Source of the DNA: Azolla caroliniana
Taxonomy: Eukaryota > Plantae > Polypodiophyta
Assembly (NCBI GenBank): GCA_043228905.1
Contig: JBHGNT010000003.1
Coordinates: forward strand, 13,206,001-13,270,000
Direction: 5' to 3'
Length of the DNA stretch: 64,000 bases
In this document: in pieces, positions 11,925-24,588 of the stretch
Layout of the letters: every line of letters begins with the position of its first letter
Position numbering within the stretch: the first letter of the stretch is position 1
Position numbers and translations under genes: made by a program
Notes under the pieces: generated by a model
The model's input: only the letters and a program-made list of their open reading frames with translations
The model's database searches: none
Told to the model about the DNA's origin: nothing

Positions 11925-14900
11925 TGTTGGAAATATGTCCCTCCAGTGGGAGGAGGAACCGATTGTCCAGAAGTTGCTAACAGTCGATGATTACGAGGAG
12001 CTGACTGATCGGACCAAGGAGTGCCAATAGTCGAAGACAGGGAAAATTGGACTGTTCGGAAAACCGATAGTCGAAGAGTCAAAAACAGTGAGTCAAAAGT
12101 TTGATGGTTCGACTATTATTATTATAGCAATAATAATAATGATACGTAGTAGAGGCTACATTTGTAAATAGCCCACACAGTGTATAAGTATAAATACACT
12201 TAGGGCAAAACATGAGAAAAAAAAAACTGACAGCAGAACAGAAGTAGCGCAAGAGGGTGTGAGACAGAGAGTGAGTGAGAGCGGCGTTATAGCTGTGTGT
12301 GTATAAGTATAAATACACTTAGAGCAAAACGTGAGATATTGGATTTTTTGTAGAACAAAAGTAGCGCGAGAGCGTGAAAGACAGAGAGAGAGAGTGTGAG
12401 CGATGCCATAGCAGTGTGCATAACATCAGACGTCAAGTGCCTTGCGTGGCTGATACACTCGAAGGAGTGTTGTAACATTCTGTGTTGTATATCCACTATA
12501 TATAGTGAAGTTCTGTTCCTATGGTTTTCTCCCATTTTAGGGTTTCCACGTTAAATCTCTGTGCACCATTGTTTGTCTTTCCATTTTGGCATATCTTTGA
12601 TTCGTATTTCAGCAGAGTTCGTTCATTGTGATTTGACCGAATGATTTCTCAACAAACTGGTATCAGCATGGAAGGAGGTGTGAGCAGTTTCCTAGGTATG
12701 ATAGTTCTAAACTCATAGAGATATGCAGACTAGAAGATAAAGATGGAAGACCTCCTCATCGTGAAAAACCTGTACGAGCTAGTCGATAGGGAAGACTATC
12801 CCAGGGGGGTATTGGAGTCGGATTGGAAACTTCTAGACAGAAAGGTAGTGGCCACCATCCGACAGTGCGTCGACATAAATGTCCTTCAGCATGTGGCCAA
12901 CGACACAAATGCCCACGAAATGTGGCAAAAGCTGTCGGGTCTGTATGAGAGGAACAACGCGCTCAATAAAACCTCACTGATGAGAAAAATCGTACGGCTG
13001 AAATACAGAGACGGTGAGAGCATCATCGAACACATTAGCACATTCATGGGGTATGTAAATCAACTTGTTGCGACCAAGTTTCCCTTGGATGATGCAATGT
13101 AGGCCATCCTGCTGATGTGCACACTACCGGATAGCTGGGAGAACCTGGTGGTTACTCTCAACACCTCTTGTCAAGAAGAGAACTCGTCTTTACCGATGGT
13201 GAAGACAATGATCCTAAATGAGGCAAGGAGGAAAGACAAAGGAGTCCTTTCCCAATCAGAGTCGAATCTGACTCAACATATGGAAAGAGGACGAGACCGG
13301 CGACGAAGAAGTCCGCAACGAATCGACAAATCCCATGCCAGATCGAAGTCTAGAGGTAAGCCCGTGTACTTTTATTGTGGAAAGCCTGGACACTTCCAGA
13401 AGGACTGTCGACACTTAAAGAAAGATAAGAGTGTCGGAAATAATGTCGAACCCAGGAATATTCAGGCTGATGAGATGAACACTTCGGCCATTGCTACAAG
13501 CAATGAAGAACTCCTGTTCATTTGTGAACAGACGAGTGCAAATCTTGCAAATGAAGATTGCATGTGGGTGATTGATTCCGGGGCATCGTTCCACATAACT
13601 CCGTCGAGAGAGTATTTCTCGACTTACATAGCTCCATTGAGTGCAGGGTAACTGGAGTCGGAAGTGTTTGCTTAATGACGTCGACAGGGTGTTCGACACG
13701 TCCCCGATATCAGATTGAATCTGATATCGACTGGAAGGTTAGATGACGAAGGCTATAGTTGTAGCTTTCGAAATGACAACTGGAAGTTCTGTCGAGGAAA
13801 TCTTATAGTGGCTCGAGCACAGAAAGAAGGCACATTATATATGATGCATGCCCGACTCTGCAAATCGGAAGTAAATGTGGCAGCCGACTTGGCAGGAGAA
13901 ATATGGCATAAGAGGCTAGGCCACTTGAGTGAGAAGGGAATGCACTTGCTAGCAGACAAGAAACTTCTACCAGAAGTCAAGGGAGTGCACCTGGAGAAGT
14001 GCGTCAACCACTTAGTCAGAAAGTAGAATAGAGCAGCATTCCACACAAGACCACCGAGGAGAAGAGAAGTGCCACTGGAATTGGTACACACGGACGTGTG
14101 CTATGTGGATGCTCCATCGCATCGAGGTGGACAATACATTGTGACGTTCATTGACGACTATAGTTGGAAGACATGGGCCTTCGTACTGAAGTCGAAGGAT
14201 CAAGTACTATCGGTTTTCAAGGAATTCCAGGCAAGAGCCAAAAGAGAGTCGGGTCGGAAGTTGAAGGTTGTCTGAACCGACAACGGTGATGAGTACAAAG
14301 GGCAGTTCGAGGAATACTACAAGAGCCAAGGTATTCGGATCGAATACACAGTGCCAAAGACCCTAGAGTTGAACGGGCTTGCAGAGAGGATGAGAGTAAA
14401 GAGTATGCTCTCTCATGCGAAACTGCCGAAATCCTGACGGGAACTGGTCGTTCCTTATGCGCAACGCTCGGCCACAACCGAGCTTAGAATGATACACAGA
14501 AAACGGGAAATAAAACGCGACACAAAGAAGAGACGAGGTACACAGGAGGTTTACGTGGAAAACCCCAAACTAGGGGAAAAACCACGGCAGCCCACAGGCT
14601 GCAAACTATCACTATGATGGAGTGTACAACAATGAGTTCACTGAGGCACCGACCTCGTGCTCAAAGATCTTCGCCACAGGCGGCGGTTACAATAGAGGCA
14701 ACGACCTCTCTCTCTCTCTCTCTCTGTGTGTACAGTTACGCACACTCTCAATTCTTGCACCAACAAGAATGACAACAACTTACACATATTTGCCCTAAGT
14801 CATATTTATACTAATATGACTTTTCAGCTATTTACAAATATAGCCACGATGGGCTCTCAGAAACATATTTACAAATATGTCTCTTCCTCCGGTTCTCACC

Positions 14901-17900
14901 GGGTCTGCGTCATCCGGCTCTCCGTAGCCGGGTGCTCCTCATTCGGTTCACACCGGGTCTGCGTCATCCGGCTCTCCGTAGCCGGGTGCTCCTCATTCAG
15001 TTCACACCGGGTCTGCACCATCCGGCTCTCCGTAGTCGGGTACTCCTCATCCGGTTCACACCGGGTCTGCATCATCCGGCTCTCCGTAGCCGGGTACTCC
15101 TCATCCGGTTCACACCGGGTCTGCACCATCCGGCTCTCCGTAGTCGGGTACTCCTCATCCGGTTCACACCGGGTCTGCATCATCCGGCTCTCCGTAGCCG
15201 GATACTCCTCATCCGGTTCACACTGACCGGGTCTGCACCATCCGGCTCTCCGTAGCCGGGTACTTCTCTTCCGGTTTCGGCCGAGGCCTATCGGCCTCGG
15301 CCGCGATTGTTCGTTGGCACTGTTCTTCTCCCTTCCCATCCGGAGGGACCTGTCTCCCAACACGAAATCCTATTGGGCTGAGGCGATGTACACAGTTGTT
15401 TATCTGATCAATAGGTCTCCCTCAATACCATTGAAGGGTGATGTCCCACAAAGGGTGTGGACAGGGAAGGATGTCTCCTACCGGCATCTGAGGGTGTTCA
15501 GATATCGGGTGTACATGCATGTACCGAAAGATCAGAGGTAAAAGCTCGACAACAAGTTGAAAGCATGCATATTCATGGGATACTCGGAAGATGAATTCGT
15601 CTATAGGCTATGGGACCTAGTTGACAAGAAGGTAGTGAGAAGTCGGGATGTAGTCTTTCTGGAAGACAAGAAGTTTAAAGACTGGAAGCAACAGAAGTCG
15701 AAATCAACTCCCCAGTCAACCCCGACTACAATCGACTTAAGGCCAAGTGAGTCGTCACCAATAGCTGTAAGGAGGTAGATGGCCGACAGAGCCGAATCCG
15801 AGTCGGTCGACTCGGAGAGACCGGTTGACTATGAGTCAGAGTTGGCAGAGCTGCAAAGGTCAATTGATGAATATCAGTTGGAATTACCCAACCAGGAGAG
15901 GCCGATTGGCGAGCAGAATCCTGACCAGAGAGAAGAGTTGGCAGAGACATCCGAAAGAGAGACAACAACGAGTGGAAGAAGATAACCACTCAGGGAGAGG
16001 AAAGCACCGACTACATATGCCAGCCAATACATCATCTTCACTAATGAAGGTGAACCGGAGTGTTATGAAGAAGCCATTGCCGACAAGCACAGAGCGAAAT
16101 GGTTGAATGCGATGCAAGATGAGTTGGAATCCTTGCACGAGAATTACACCTACGACCTCGTAGAGCTACCAAAAGGTAAGAGAGCACTTACGAATAAATG
16201 GGTCTACAAAGTGAAGACTGGAGAAGCCGACAATGAACCCAGGTATAAAGCCCGCATAGTGGTAAAGGGTTTTCAATAGAAAGAGGGCGTCGACTTTGAC
16301 GAAATATTCGCACTAGTCGTGAAGATGACATCCATTCAAACTGTTCTGAGCATAGCAGCCAGTATGGATTTGGAGATCGAACAGTTGGATGTCAAAACCG
16401 CATTTCTGCATGGGGAGCTAGAAGAAGAAATCTATATGCAGCAACCTGAAGGCTTTGAGGAGAAAGGGAAAGAGAATCTGGTGTGTCTACTGAAGAAAAG
16501 CTTGGACAGTCTAAAACAAGCTCCACGCCAATGGTACAAGAAGTTCGAGTCCTTCATGATGGAACACCGGATCCAGAAAACATAGGCCGACCACTATGTG
16601 TTCGTCAAAAGGTACGAAGAAGGAGACTTCTTGATTCTCTTGCTATATGTCGATGACATGTTGATAGTCGGTCAAGATACAAGGAAGATTGGAAGCTTGA
16701 AGAAAGCTCTCGGCAAATCATTTGCCATGAAAGACCTTGGACCGGCTAAACAGATCTTAGGAATGCACATAGTTCGAGACAGAACTCAAAAGGTGCTATG
16801 GTTGTCATAGCAGAAGTATGTGACGAAGATCCTAGAGAGATTTAACATGTTCGATGCAAAGCTGATCGGCTTAGTGTTGCCGACAAATTGTAGATTGAAG
16901 GCGAAGCAGTGCCCAAAAGGGGAGAAGGAAAAGGCTGAGATGAGGAAGGTACCATATGCCTCGGCCGTTGGCAGTCTAATGTATGCTATGGTCTGTACAA
17001 GATCAAACATAGCATTCGTTGTAGGAGCAGTAAGCCGATACATGAGTAATCCAGGGAGAGAACATTGGGCAGTAGTAAAGTGGATACTCAAGTACTTAAA
17101 GGGCACCTCGGGGGTATGCCTAGGGTATGGTGTCGGAAAACCTGTGCTGGAAGGTTTTACCGACTCGGACATGTCGAGAGATGTCGACTCGAGCCGATCC
17201 ACGTCAGGATACGTGATGACCTATGTAGGGGGAGCAGTGTCGTGGCAGCCCTGACTGCAGAAGTCTGTAGTTTTGTCGACTACAAAAGCAGAGTATATGG
17301 CAACGGTAGAGGCCGACAAAGAGATAAGATTTTTTCTCACCGAATTAGGGATGAAGCAAAAGGAGCTCTTGCTTCACTGTGATAGCCAAAGTGCCATACA
17401 TCTTGCCAAGAATGCTGCATACCACTCCCGGACCAAGCATATACAGAGAAGGTATCACTGGTTGCGGGAGAGAGTCAAAGAAGGAGAGTTTTCCTTGGTG
17501 AAGATCCATACTGACGACAATGGATCCGACATGCTAACGAAGAACCTACCTATGGACAGACTCAAAGTCCGTCGATAGAAGACAGGATTGACTGACTTCC
17601 TCCCATAGGAATGAAGGGGAGTTTGTTGGGAATATGTCCCTCCAGTGGGAGGAGGAACAGACTGTCCAGAAGTTGCTGACAGTCGATGACTATGAGGAGC
17701 CGACTGACCGGACCAGGGAGTGCTGACAGTCAAAGGCAGGGAAAGTCCGACTATTCGGAAAGCCGACAGTCGAAGAGTCGAAAACAGTGAGTCGACTGTT
17801 TGTTAGTTCAACTATTATTATTATAGCAATAATAATAACGATATGTAGTAGAGGCTACATTTGTAAATAGCCCATACAGTGTATAAGTATAAATACACTT

Positions 17901-18235
17901 AGGGCAAAGCGTGAGATATTCGTTTTTTTGTAGAACAGAAGTAGCGCGAGAGCGTGAGAGACAGAGAGAGTGACTGTGAGCGGTGCCATAGCGGTGTGCG
18001 TAACAGTAGATGTCAAGAGCCCTGCGTGGCTGATACACTCGAAGGAGTGTTGTAACATTCTGTGTTATATATCCACTATACATAGTGAAGTTTTGTTCTC
18101 GTGGTTTTCTCCCGTTTTAGGGTTTCCACGTTAAATCTCTGTGCACCATTGTTTGTCCTTTCCTTTCTGGCATATCTGTGATTCGTATTTCAGCACAGGT
18201 CGTTCATTGTGATTTGACTGAATGATTTCTGAACA
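11925..18235 (+). mobile_element. Complete but decayed Ty1/copia element (family C) with a 5-bp TSD
   Basis: TSD CAAGC at 11920-11924 and 18236-18240. LTRs 11925-12654 and 17624-18235 (TG..CA). PBS-Met TGGTATCAG at 12658. PPT GAAGGGGAG near 17613. Gag knuckle CGKPGHFQKDC, protease WVIDSGAS, IN, RT YVDD and RNase H, with many stops. Confidence 0.95.
14435..15362 (-). mobile_element. Solo LTR (copia family D) containing about 7 copies of a 54-bp repeat, inserted in the integrase
   Basis: Minus-strand termini TGTTGGGAG...CCCGTCA. Flanking direct repeat CGAAATCC. The host reading frame KLPKS|YWAEAM resumes after it. Homologous to 31134-31992. Confidence 0.9.
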
Positions 18236-18240
18236 CAAGC

Positions 18241-18935
18241 ATCATCTGCCATTGTTCGCTCCTATTGAGTTCACTCCTCCATTGCTGCCATTCTACACTG
18301 AGTTGCCGCTATTGTTCGATCGTGGATTGCTGCCACTTTTCGATCCGACGGAGTTCACTCCTCCGTAACTACCACCATTCTACACTCAGTTGTCACCAGT
18401 GTGTGTTCCAAGCATCATTTGTCACTATTTGATCTGACAGAGTTCACTCCTCCATTGCCACCATTCTACACTTAGTTGTCACCATTGTTCAGTCCTGGAT
18501 TGCAATAATTGTTTGATCCGACGGAGTTCACTCCTCCATTGCCACCATTCTACACTTAGTTGTCACTATTGTTCAGTCCTGGATTGCAATAATTGTTTGA
18601 TCCAACGGAGTTCACTCCTCCATTGCTGCCATTCTACACTCAGTTGCCACCACTATTTGGTTCAAGCATCATCTGCCACTGTTCGCTCCTATTGAGTTCA
18701 CTCCTCCATTGCCGCCATTCTACACTGAGTTGCTGCTACTATTCGGTCTTGGATTGCTGCCACTGTTCGATCTGACGGAGCTCACTCCTCCATTGTCGCC
18801 ATTCTACACTCAATTGCCACCATTGTGCATTCCAAGCATCATCTGCCACTTTTCGATCTGACGGAGTTCACTCCATTTACACCATTCTACACTCAATTAC
18901 CACCATTGTTCATTCTTGGATTGCAATAACTGTTC
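18241..18935 (+). repeat. Tandem repeat array with a unit of about 85 bp (core GAGTTCACTCCTCCATTGCYGCCATTCTACACT); first unit at about 11860-11924, before the copia insertion
   Basis: About 8 cores spaced 82-89 bp apart. The array is split by the copia element at 11925-18235. Confidence 0.85.
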
Positions 18936-19223
18936 CGTCTGTTGATTATCTTGTGTATTGTTGTGTATAATATTGTGTATTGCAGAATAATTTTGTGTAT
19001 TGTTGTTGCCCATAGTCATCTTAGCTCGTTCTTGACGGTGGTTGAGAAGCTTTCACTCCACTGCAACAAACATAAACTTACCAATGGTGGGATCGCTCTT
19101 GTGAATAACCAGTTTGCATATGGTTTAGTAACTAGATACGTGTCTTTTTTTGTGGAATTTTACAAATGAATATGTCAAGCCAAATGGAAGGGGAAGGAGG
19201 GTGTTTACCAATAAATACCCCTC

Positions 19224-22200
19224 ATGGATCATCAGGATAGGGATGATGCTATCAAGACACAACAAGCGATACGAAAGTATTGGGCAAAAAAAGAAAGGGA
19301 ACATCGTCAATTGTTGAAGGATATGAAAGCCAAATTCACTAAAGGTAAGGATAATATTGGTTGCGATATAGGTCTAAATACCAGTCAAAATGGAAATAAT
19401 GTGACTACTATCATAGAGAGAAAGGTTGTAGACTATTTTAATTTTCAGACCAACCACATCAGCAATGAAGACAAGAAGATAGTACTTTATGGAATATTAA
19501 ACAATCCATTGATAAAGGAATTTGTTGATTGTGATGGTCTTAATGCAAACATAACATTTGTACTAGTAAATAATCTCCGTAATAGTTTTGTATCCATGAG
19601 CAGGATAGAAGATGATCTTGTCTTAAAAAGGTCTAGTCTAATAATGTTACTTAATAGTGATGTTGACAATCATAACATTAGTGTGCTATCTAAGGTAATT
19701 TGTGTTAGTAGAAAAACTGTGTAAAATACAATGAAGCAAATTGTTTCAAGTGGTGAAGGAACTAGTCTACGAAAGCTAACAACAAGATGTAAGCCAATGA
19801 CACCCATAACATCAGAAATGAAGGATATAATCACCATATTTTGGACAAATGAGAGTAGGGTTTCACCCAACAAGAAGGATTTATGCAGGAAATGTTTTGG
19901 AAGGAGTTAATACAAGGACCATCCCATTCATCTTCTTGATGTACCTCACGTATTTACAATTATCTCAACTTTTCTTTTGATTTTTGAGCTTCGTTAGTTA
20001 GCTAACTAGCTACTAGTAATAGCGAAATAGCTATTGCCAATACTAAACTTAGCTATTATCAGCTAATTAGTTATCTCAGAATATGACCATAGCTAACTAG
20101 CTATTGGTAATAGCTAAATAGCGATTGCCAATAACTAATTTAGCTATTATCCGTTAATTAGCTAACACAATAGCTAATTAGCTACCTCAGAATATGACCA
20201 TAGCTAACTAACTACTGGTAATAGCTAAATAGTTATTGCCAATAGTAAACATAGCTATTATTAGCTAATTAGCTACCACAATAGCTAATTAGTTATCTCA
20301 GAATATGAACATAGCTCACTAGCTACTAGTACTAGCTAAATAGCGATTGCCAATAGCTAATTTAGCTATTATCAGCTAATTACCTAGCACAATAACTAAT
20401 TAGCTATCTCAGAATATGATTATAGCTAACTAGCTACTCTTAATAGCTAAATAACTATTGTCAATAGTAAACTTAGGTATTATTAGCTAATTAGCTATCT
20501 CAAAATATGACCATACCTAACTGGCTACTCGTAATAGCTAAATAGTGATTGCCAATAGCTAATTTCGCTAATTAGCTACCACAATAGCTAATTAGCTACA
20601 TTAGAATATAACCATAGCTAACTAGCTACTTGTAATAGCTAAATAGCTATTGCCATAGTTAGTTAGCTATTATCAGCTAATTAGCTACCACAAGCTATCT
20701 TAGAATATGACCATAGCTAACTAGCTACTGGTAATAGCTAAATAGCGATTGCCAATAGCTAATTTAGCTATTATTAGCTAATTACCTACCACCATAGCTA
20801 ATTAGCTACCTCAGAATATGTTCGTAGCTACTCTTAATAACTAATTATGTAATTAGTTACACTTAATAGATAATTAGCTACATGTAACACATAATAGCTA
20901 ATAAGGTACTCTTAATAGCTAATTAGCTACTCTTAATAGCTAACTAGCTATTATTAGTTAATTAGCCATAATTGTCGCTAATTAGCATCAGAATATGAAC
21001 ATAGCTAACTAGCTACTTGGAATAGCTAATTAGCTATTGCCATAGTAAACTTAGCTATTATCAACTAATTAGCTACCACAATAGCTAATTAGCTATCTTA
21101 GAATATGACCATGGCTAACTATCTACTGGTAATAGCTAAATAGTGATTGCCAAAAGCTAATTTAGTTGTTATCAGCTAATTAACTACCATAATAGCTACT
21201 TAGATACCTTAGAGTATGACCATAGCTACTCTTAATAGTTAATTAGCTAAATAACTACTTTGTATAACTAATTTAATAGGTAATTAGCTACTCTTACTAG
21301 GTAATTAGCTACTCTTACTCGGTAATTAGCTACTCTGAATAACAAACTAGCTATTATTAGCTAATTAGCTATAACCGTCGCTAATTAGCTAGAGAATATG
21401 AGCATATCGAACAAGCTACTAGTAATAGCTAATTAACTACATCAGAATATGTTCATAGCTAATTAGCTATACATAATAGCTAATTAGCTACTCTTAATAG
21501 CTAACTAGCCATTAACAGCTAATTATCTATAACCTTCGCTAATTAGCATTAGAATATGACCATAGCTAGCTAGCTACTTGTAATAGCTAAATAGTTATTG
21601 CCATAGTAAACTTAGTTATTGTCAGCTAATTAGCTATCTTAGAATATGACCATAGTTAACTAGCTACTGCTAAGAGCTAAATAGTGATTGCCAATAGCTA
21701 ATTTAGGTATTATCAACTAATTAGCTACCAAATAGCTAATTAGCTATCTTAGAATATGACCATAGCTACTCTTAATAGCTAATTAGCTAATTAGCTACAC
21801 TTAATAACTAATTAGGTAATTAGTTACACATAATAGGTAATTAGCTACTCTTAATAGGTAATTAACTACTCTTAATAACTAGGTAGCTATTATACGCTAA
21901 TTAGCTATAACCGTCGCTAATCAGCTAGAAAATATGACCATAGCTAACAAGCTACTAGTAATAGCTAATTAGTGACATCAGAATATGATCATAGCTAAAT
22001 CGTTATTGGAAATAGGTAGTTAGCTATGTCAAGAGCTCATTAGCTATTAAGGTAGCTTATTAGCTACTGACCATAGATAATTAGCTTCTCTTAATAGCTA
22101 ATTAGGTATTGTGAATAGCTGACATAAGGGCGCATCAGAATACTTAGTGGACTCCCTTTTTATTACGTAGGTCAATTTATTTATTAGGTTCAGACGAATG

Positions 22201-23247
22201 CATCCAAATATCAAAGTTCAACTACAAACATTCGAGTCTCTTAGGCCACACTTTGTGAGATGCTTAAAGGATCGATACACGTTCAGATGTTTCATTTACC
22301 ATGTACAAATGGGTTTTCTCAAGGAATCTGTTAATCTACTACATCACCATAGCTCATCCCTAGAGGATGTAGTCTGCACTTGTGAGTGCCCAATTTGTCA
22401 ATCTAGCCCGCAAGAGCACTGTAAATCATCAGAGCATGTTATCTCTTCCATGAGTGGTCTTTTAGATTCGGTATTGTGTCCGAGAATCTAAGTCTATATT
22501 CCACAGTCATAAATGTGTCATGGGTTTATGTCAAGCTTGTGGCGCTAGTAGATTTAGGTGGTGTCCAAAAGAGTTGAGTAGTGAAATATTAATCTCTATC
22601 AAGTTATTTGAGTCTATGGACACCAATTTCGAAGGAAAAGTATTTAAAAGAAAGGATGTCATTAGGAAATCGCGTAAACCAAGGGATTTGGTGTCTCTAT
22701 TTGTAGTATCTCTAGGAAAGTTCATTAAACACAACTTCATTTATTCATGGCAGACCCATTAATTTAAGACTAGCATATCTGATTTTCCAAATGATGTAAT
22801 AGTCTTAGTAGTGGATTTCATATAGAATTATACTTTCAAGCAACAAAATGAAATTCAATTCATGCATTGGTGTTTAGTGCAATTAACCATTTTTGTACAC
22901 ATAACATATTTTCAAGTTTCAGGTGATGTTAAGAAAGTAATGCATTTTTTTATTTCTGATGATAAGAAGCATGATACAATTGTGTTTGTCCAACACTGTT
23001 TTAAGTTACATTGGCAATGGTTATGATGTCAACGTTTGGTGCTTACTCAACATTGGGTCTGGTCTGACGGAGCTGCGTCAAAATTCAAGGCTAGAGGTCC
23101 ATTTTATTTTGTTGGGATGTATCCTTCTATAACAAGTTTGGAGATGAGATGGAAATTTTTTGGATCTGGCCATGGTAAAGGTGAATATGATGGAGAAGGT
23201 GCAGTTATAAAGCGGGCACTTACCCATGAACATCTAAAGGCAAATGG
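19224..23247 (+). pseudogene. Sola2-like DDD DNA transposase relic with a predicted intron at 19950-22170
   Basis: Motifs HPNIK...FESLRPHFVR, Cys-rich CTCECPIC..VLCP..C.MGLCQAC, DF..NY.F..QNEIQ.MHW, FISDDKKHD, WSDGAASKFK and FFGSGHGKGEYDGEGAVIKR. These match my recollection of Sola2-type transposases. Confidence 0.7.
19995..22120. repeat. AT-rich satellite built from the palindromic hexamer TAGCTA with a recurring higher-order anchor AGAATATGACCATAGCTA
   Basis: About 2.1 kb of TAGCTA/TAATTAGCTA units. The anchor motif recurs roughly every 90-120 bp. Confidence 0.9.
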
Positions 23248-24232
23248 TGTATGGATCATGAAAATCCGTCACTATGTGCGGATTGTGAGGCGAAACCGCC
23301 GGGGTTCTGGACTGGAAGGATTTAGTGCAACACGTACAACACAAGCCATTCACATATTAGACGAGTAGATGAGAGAAAACATAGTTTATTGCATAAGAAA
23401 ATAGACTCTTTTATAATTCAAGAATCTTGTTACAACGGGTTGGAGATGAAAATGACAGATAAAAATTTTAAAGAAAGGAGCGAACAACCATATAAGGAGT
23501 GGTCAAATATGAATATGAGAGATAATTTTTGACAAGAAAGATTGAGCAAGCCAAGCCAAGAGTTTCATATCAATATGAGAGATAATTGGTTTTGGAATCC
23601 CTAGAGAGAAGAAGAAGGGAAAAAAAAAAGTAGAGGGAAAAGAAATGGAACATATATCGACCTCTCTCTTGATCCTCCTTCCCAATGTTACTTTGCATGT
23701 CCACTTTTAGTTGCATGGCTTTTATTTTTAGTTGTATGCTTCCATTTTTAGTTGCATGCCTTTTACTTTTAGTTGCATGGCCTTGGCTTTTAGTTGCATG
23801 CGACCGTCCGCATAATTCGGCCAAATGACCCAATCATCCATAATGTTTAGCCTGTGCGCAATCCGTGCGTGCGTCGCAACCAAACCATAGACGCGTCTAC
23901 GCGCAAAAGTCCCGACCGCGCAGTGTACGCATCCACGCACGCGTGTGTCCCAACCGCAACATGTACGCATCCACACACACGCGCATGCTGACCGCGTTGT
24001 GTACGCATCCGCGCGCTCGTCCACACACACGCGTCCCACAAGGCCGTGCACGCGTACGTCCGAAACGTCTAGGCGGCACGCACACACGCGTCCCACGAGG
24101 CCGTGCACGCCGCCCAAAACTTGCACACGTGCATACGTTCGAAAACGTCCCCGCAACCGTGCACACGTGTGTACGCCCGAAGCGTCCACATGGTCGTGCA
24201 CACACACGTTCATCCAAAACGTGCACACCACC
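23248..24232 (-). mobile_element. Probable LTR (uncertain family) truncating the transposase; contains a CACGCG/GTGCAC-rich segment and TTTTAGTTGCATG repeats
   Basis: Transposase homology ends abruptly at TGTATGGATC (23248). Four TTTTAGTTG(C/T)ATG units at 23705-23800. Low-complexity purine-pyrimidine alternation at 23860-24232. No TSD confirmed. Confidence 0.45.
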
Positions 24233-24588
24233 CAGTGTAGCCCAAGTCACCTTGAACATTCTGTGCTCCACACATTGATATAACTTGATACTTCATAGTG
24301 TAGCCCAAGTCACCTATAACATTCTGTGTAGCCCAATGTTGTCCTATCTATGTGGGATATACCACAGTTTTGTCTTTTCTTTTTTTCTTCAAACTTCACA
24401 CTCACATAACTTGATACTTGTTTATCCATTTAATGCGAAGTAAAATACACTGTGAAGCTCTTAAAGAAATCTATCTATATGAATACATTAAGGTAATCTT
24501 AAATAATTGTTTTACTTGTTTTCATATCGTGTGTGAAAAACCACACGACAGTGTGCATATGAATTGTGTAGCACATGTAGTCGAATTT

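Noticed and set aside
14726-15363. Repetitive ORFs on both strands (18-aa repeats)
   Set aside because: They are by-products of a stop-poor 54-bp repeat inside a solo LTR, and the sister LTR at 31134 gives no equivalent ORF call.
18241-18935. CRISPR-like look: a conserved core of about 33 bp with spacers of about 50 bp
   Set aside because: The spacers are homologous to each other (two recurring variants), there are no cas genes and the context is eukaryotic. It is a tandem repeat.
19224-19724. 166-aa ORF as a host gene
   Set aside because: It runs, with stops, into the transposase N-terminal region before the predicted intron, so it is treated as part of the transposase relic.
23728-24283. 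Four overlapping Arg/Cys/Val/His-rich ORFs
   Set aside because: Low-complexity alternating sequence lacks stops, and no domain is recognisable.
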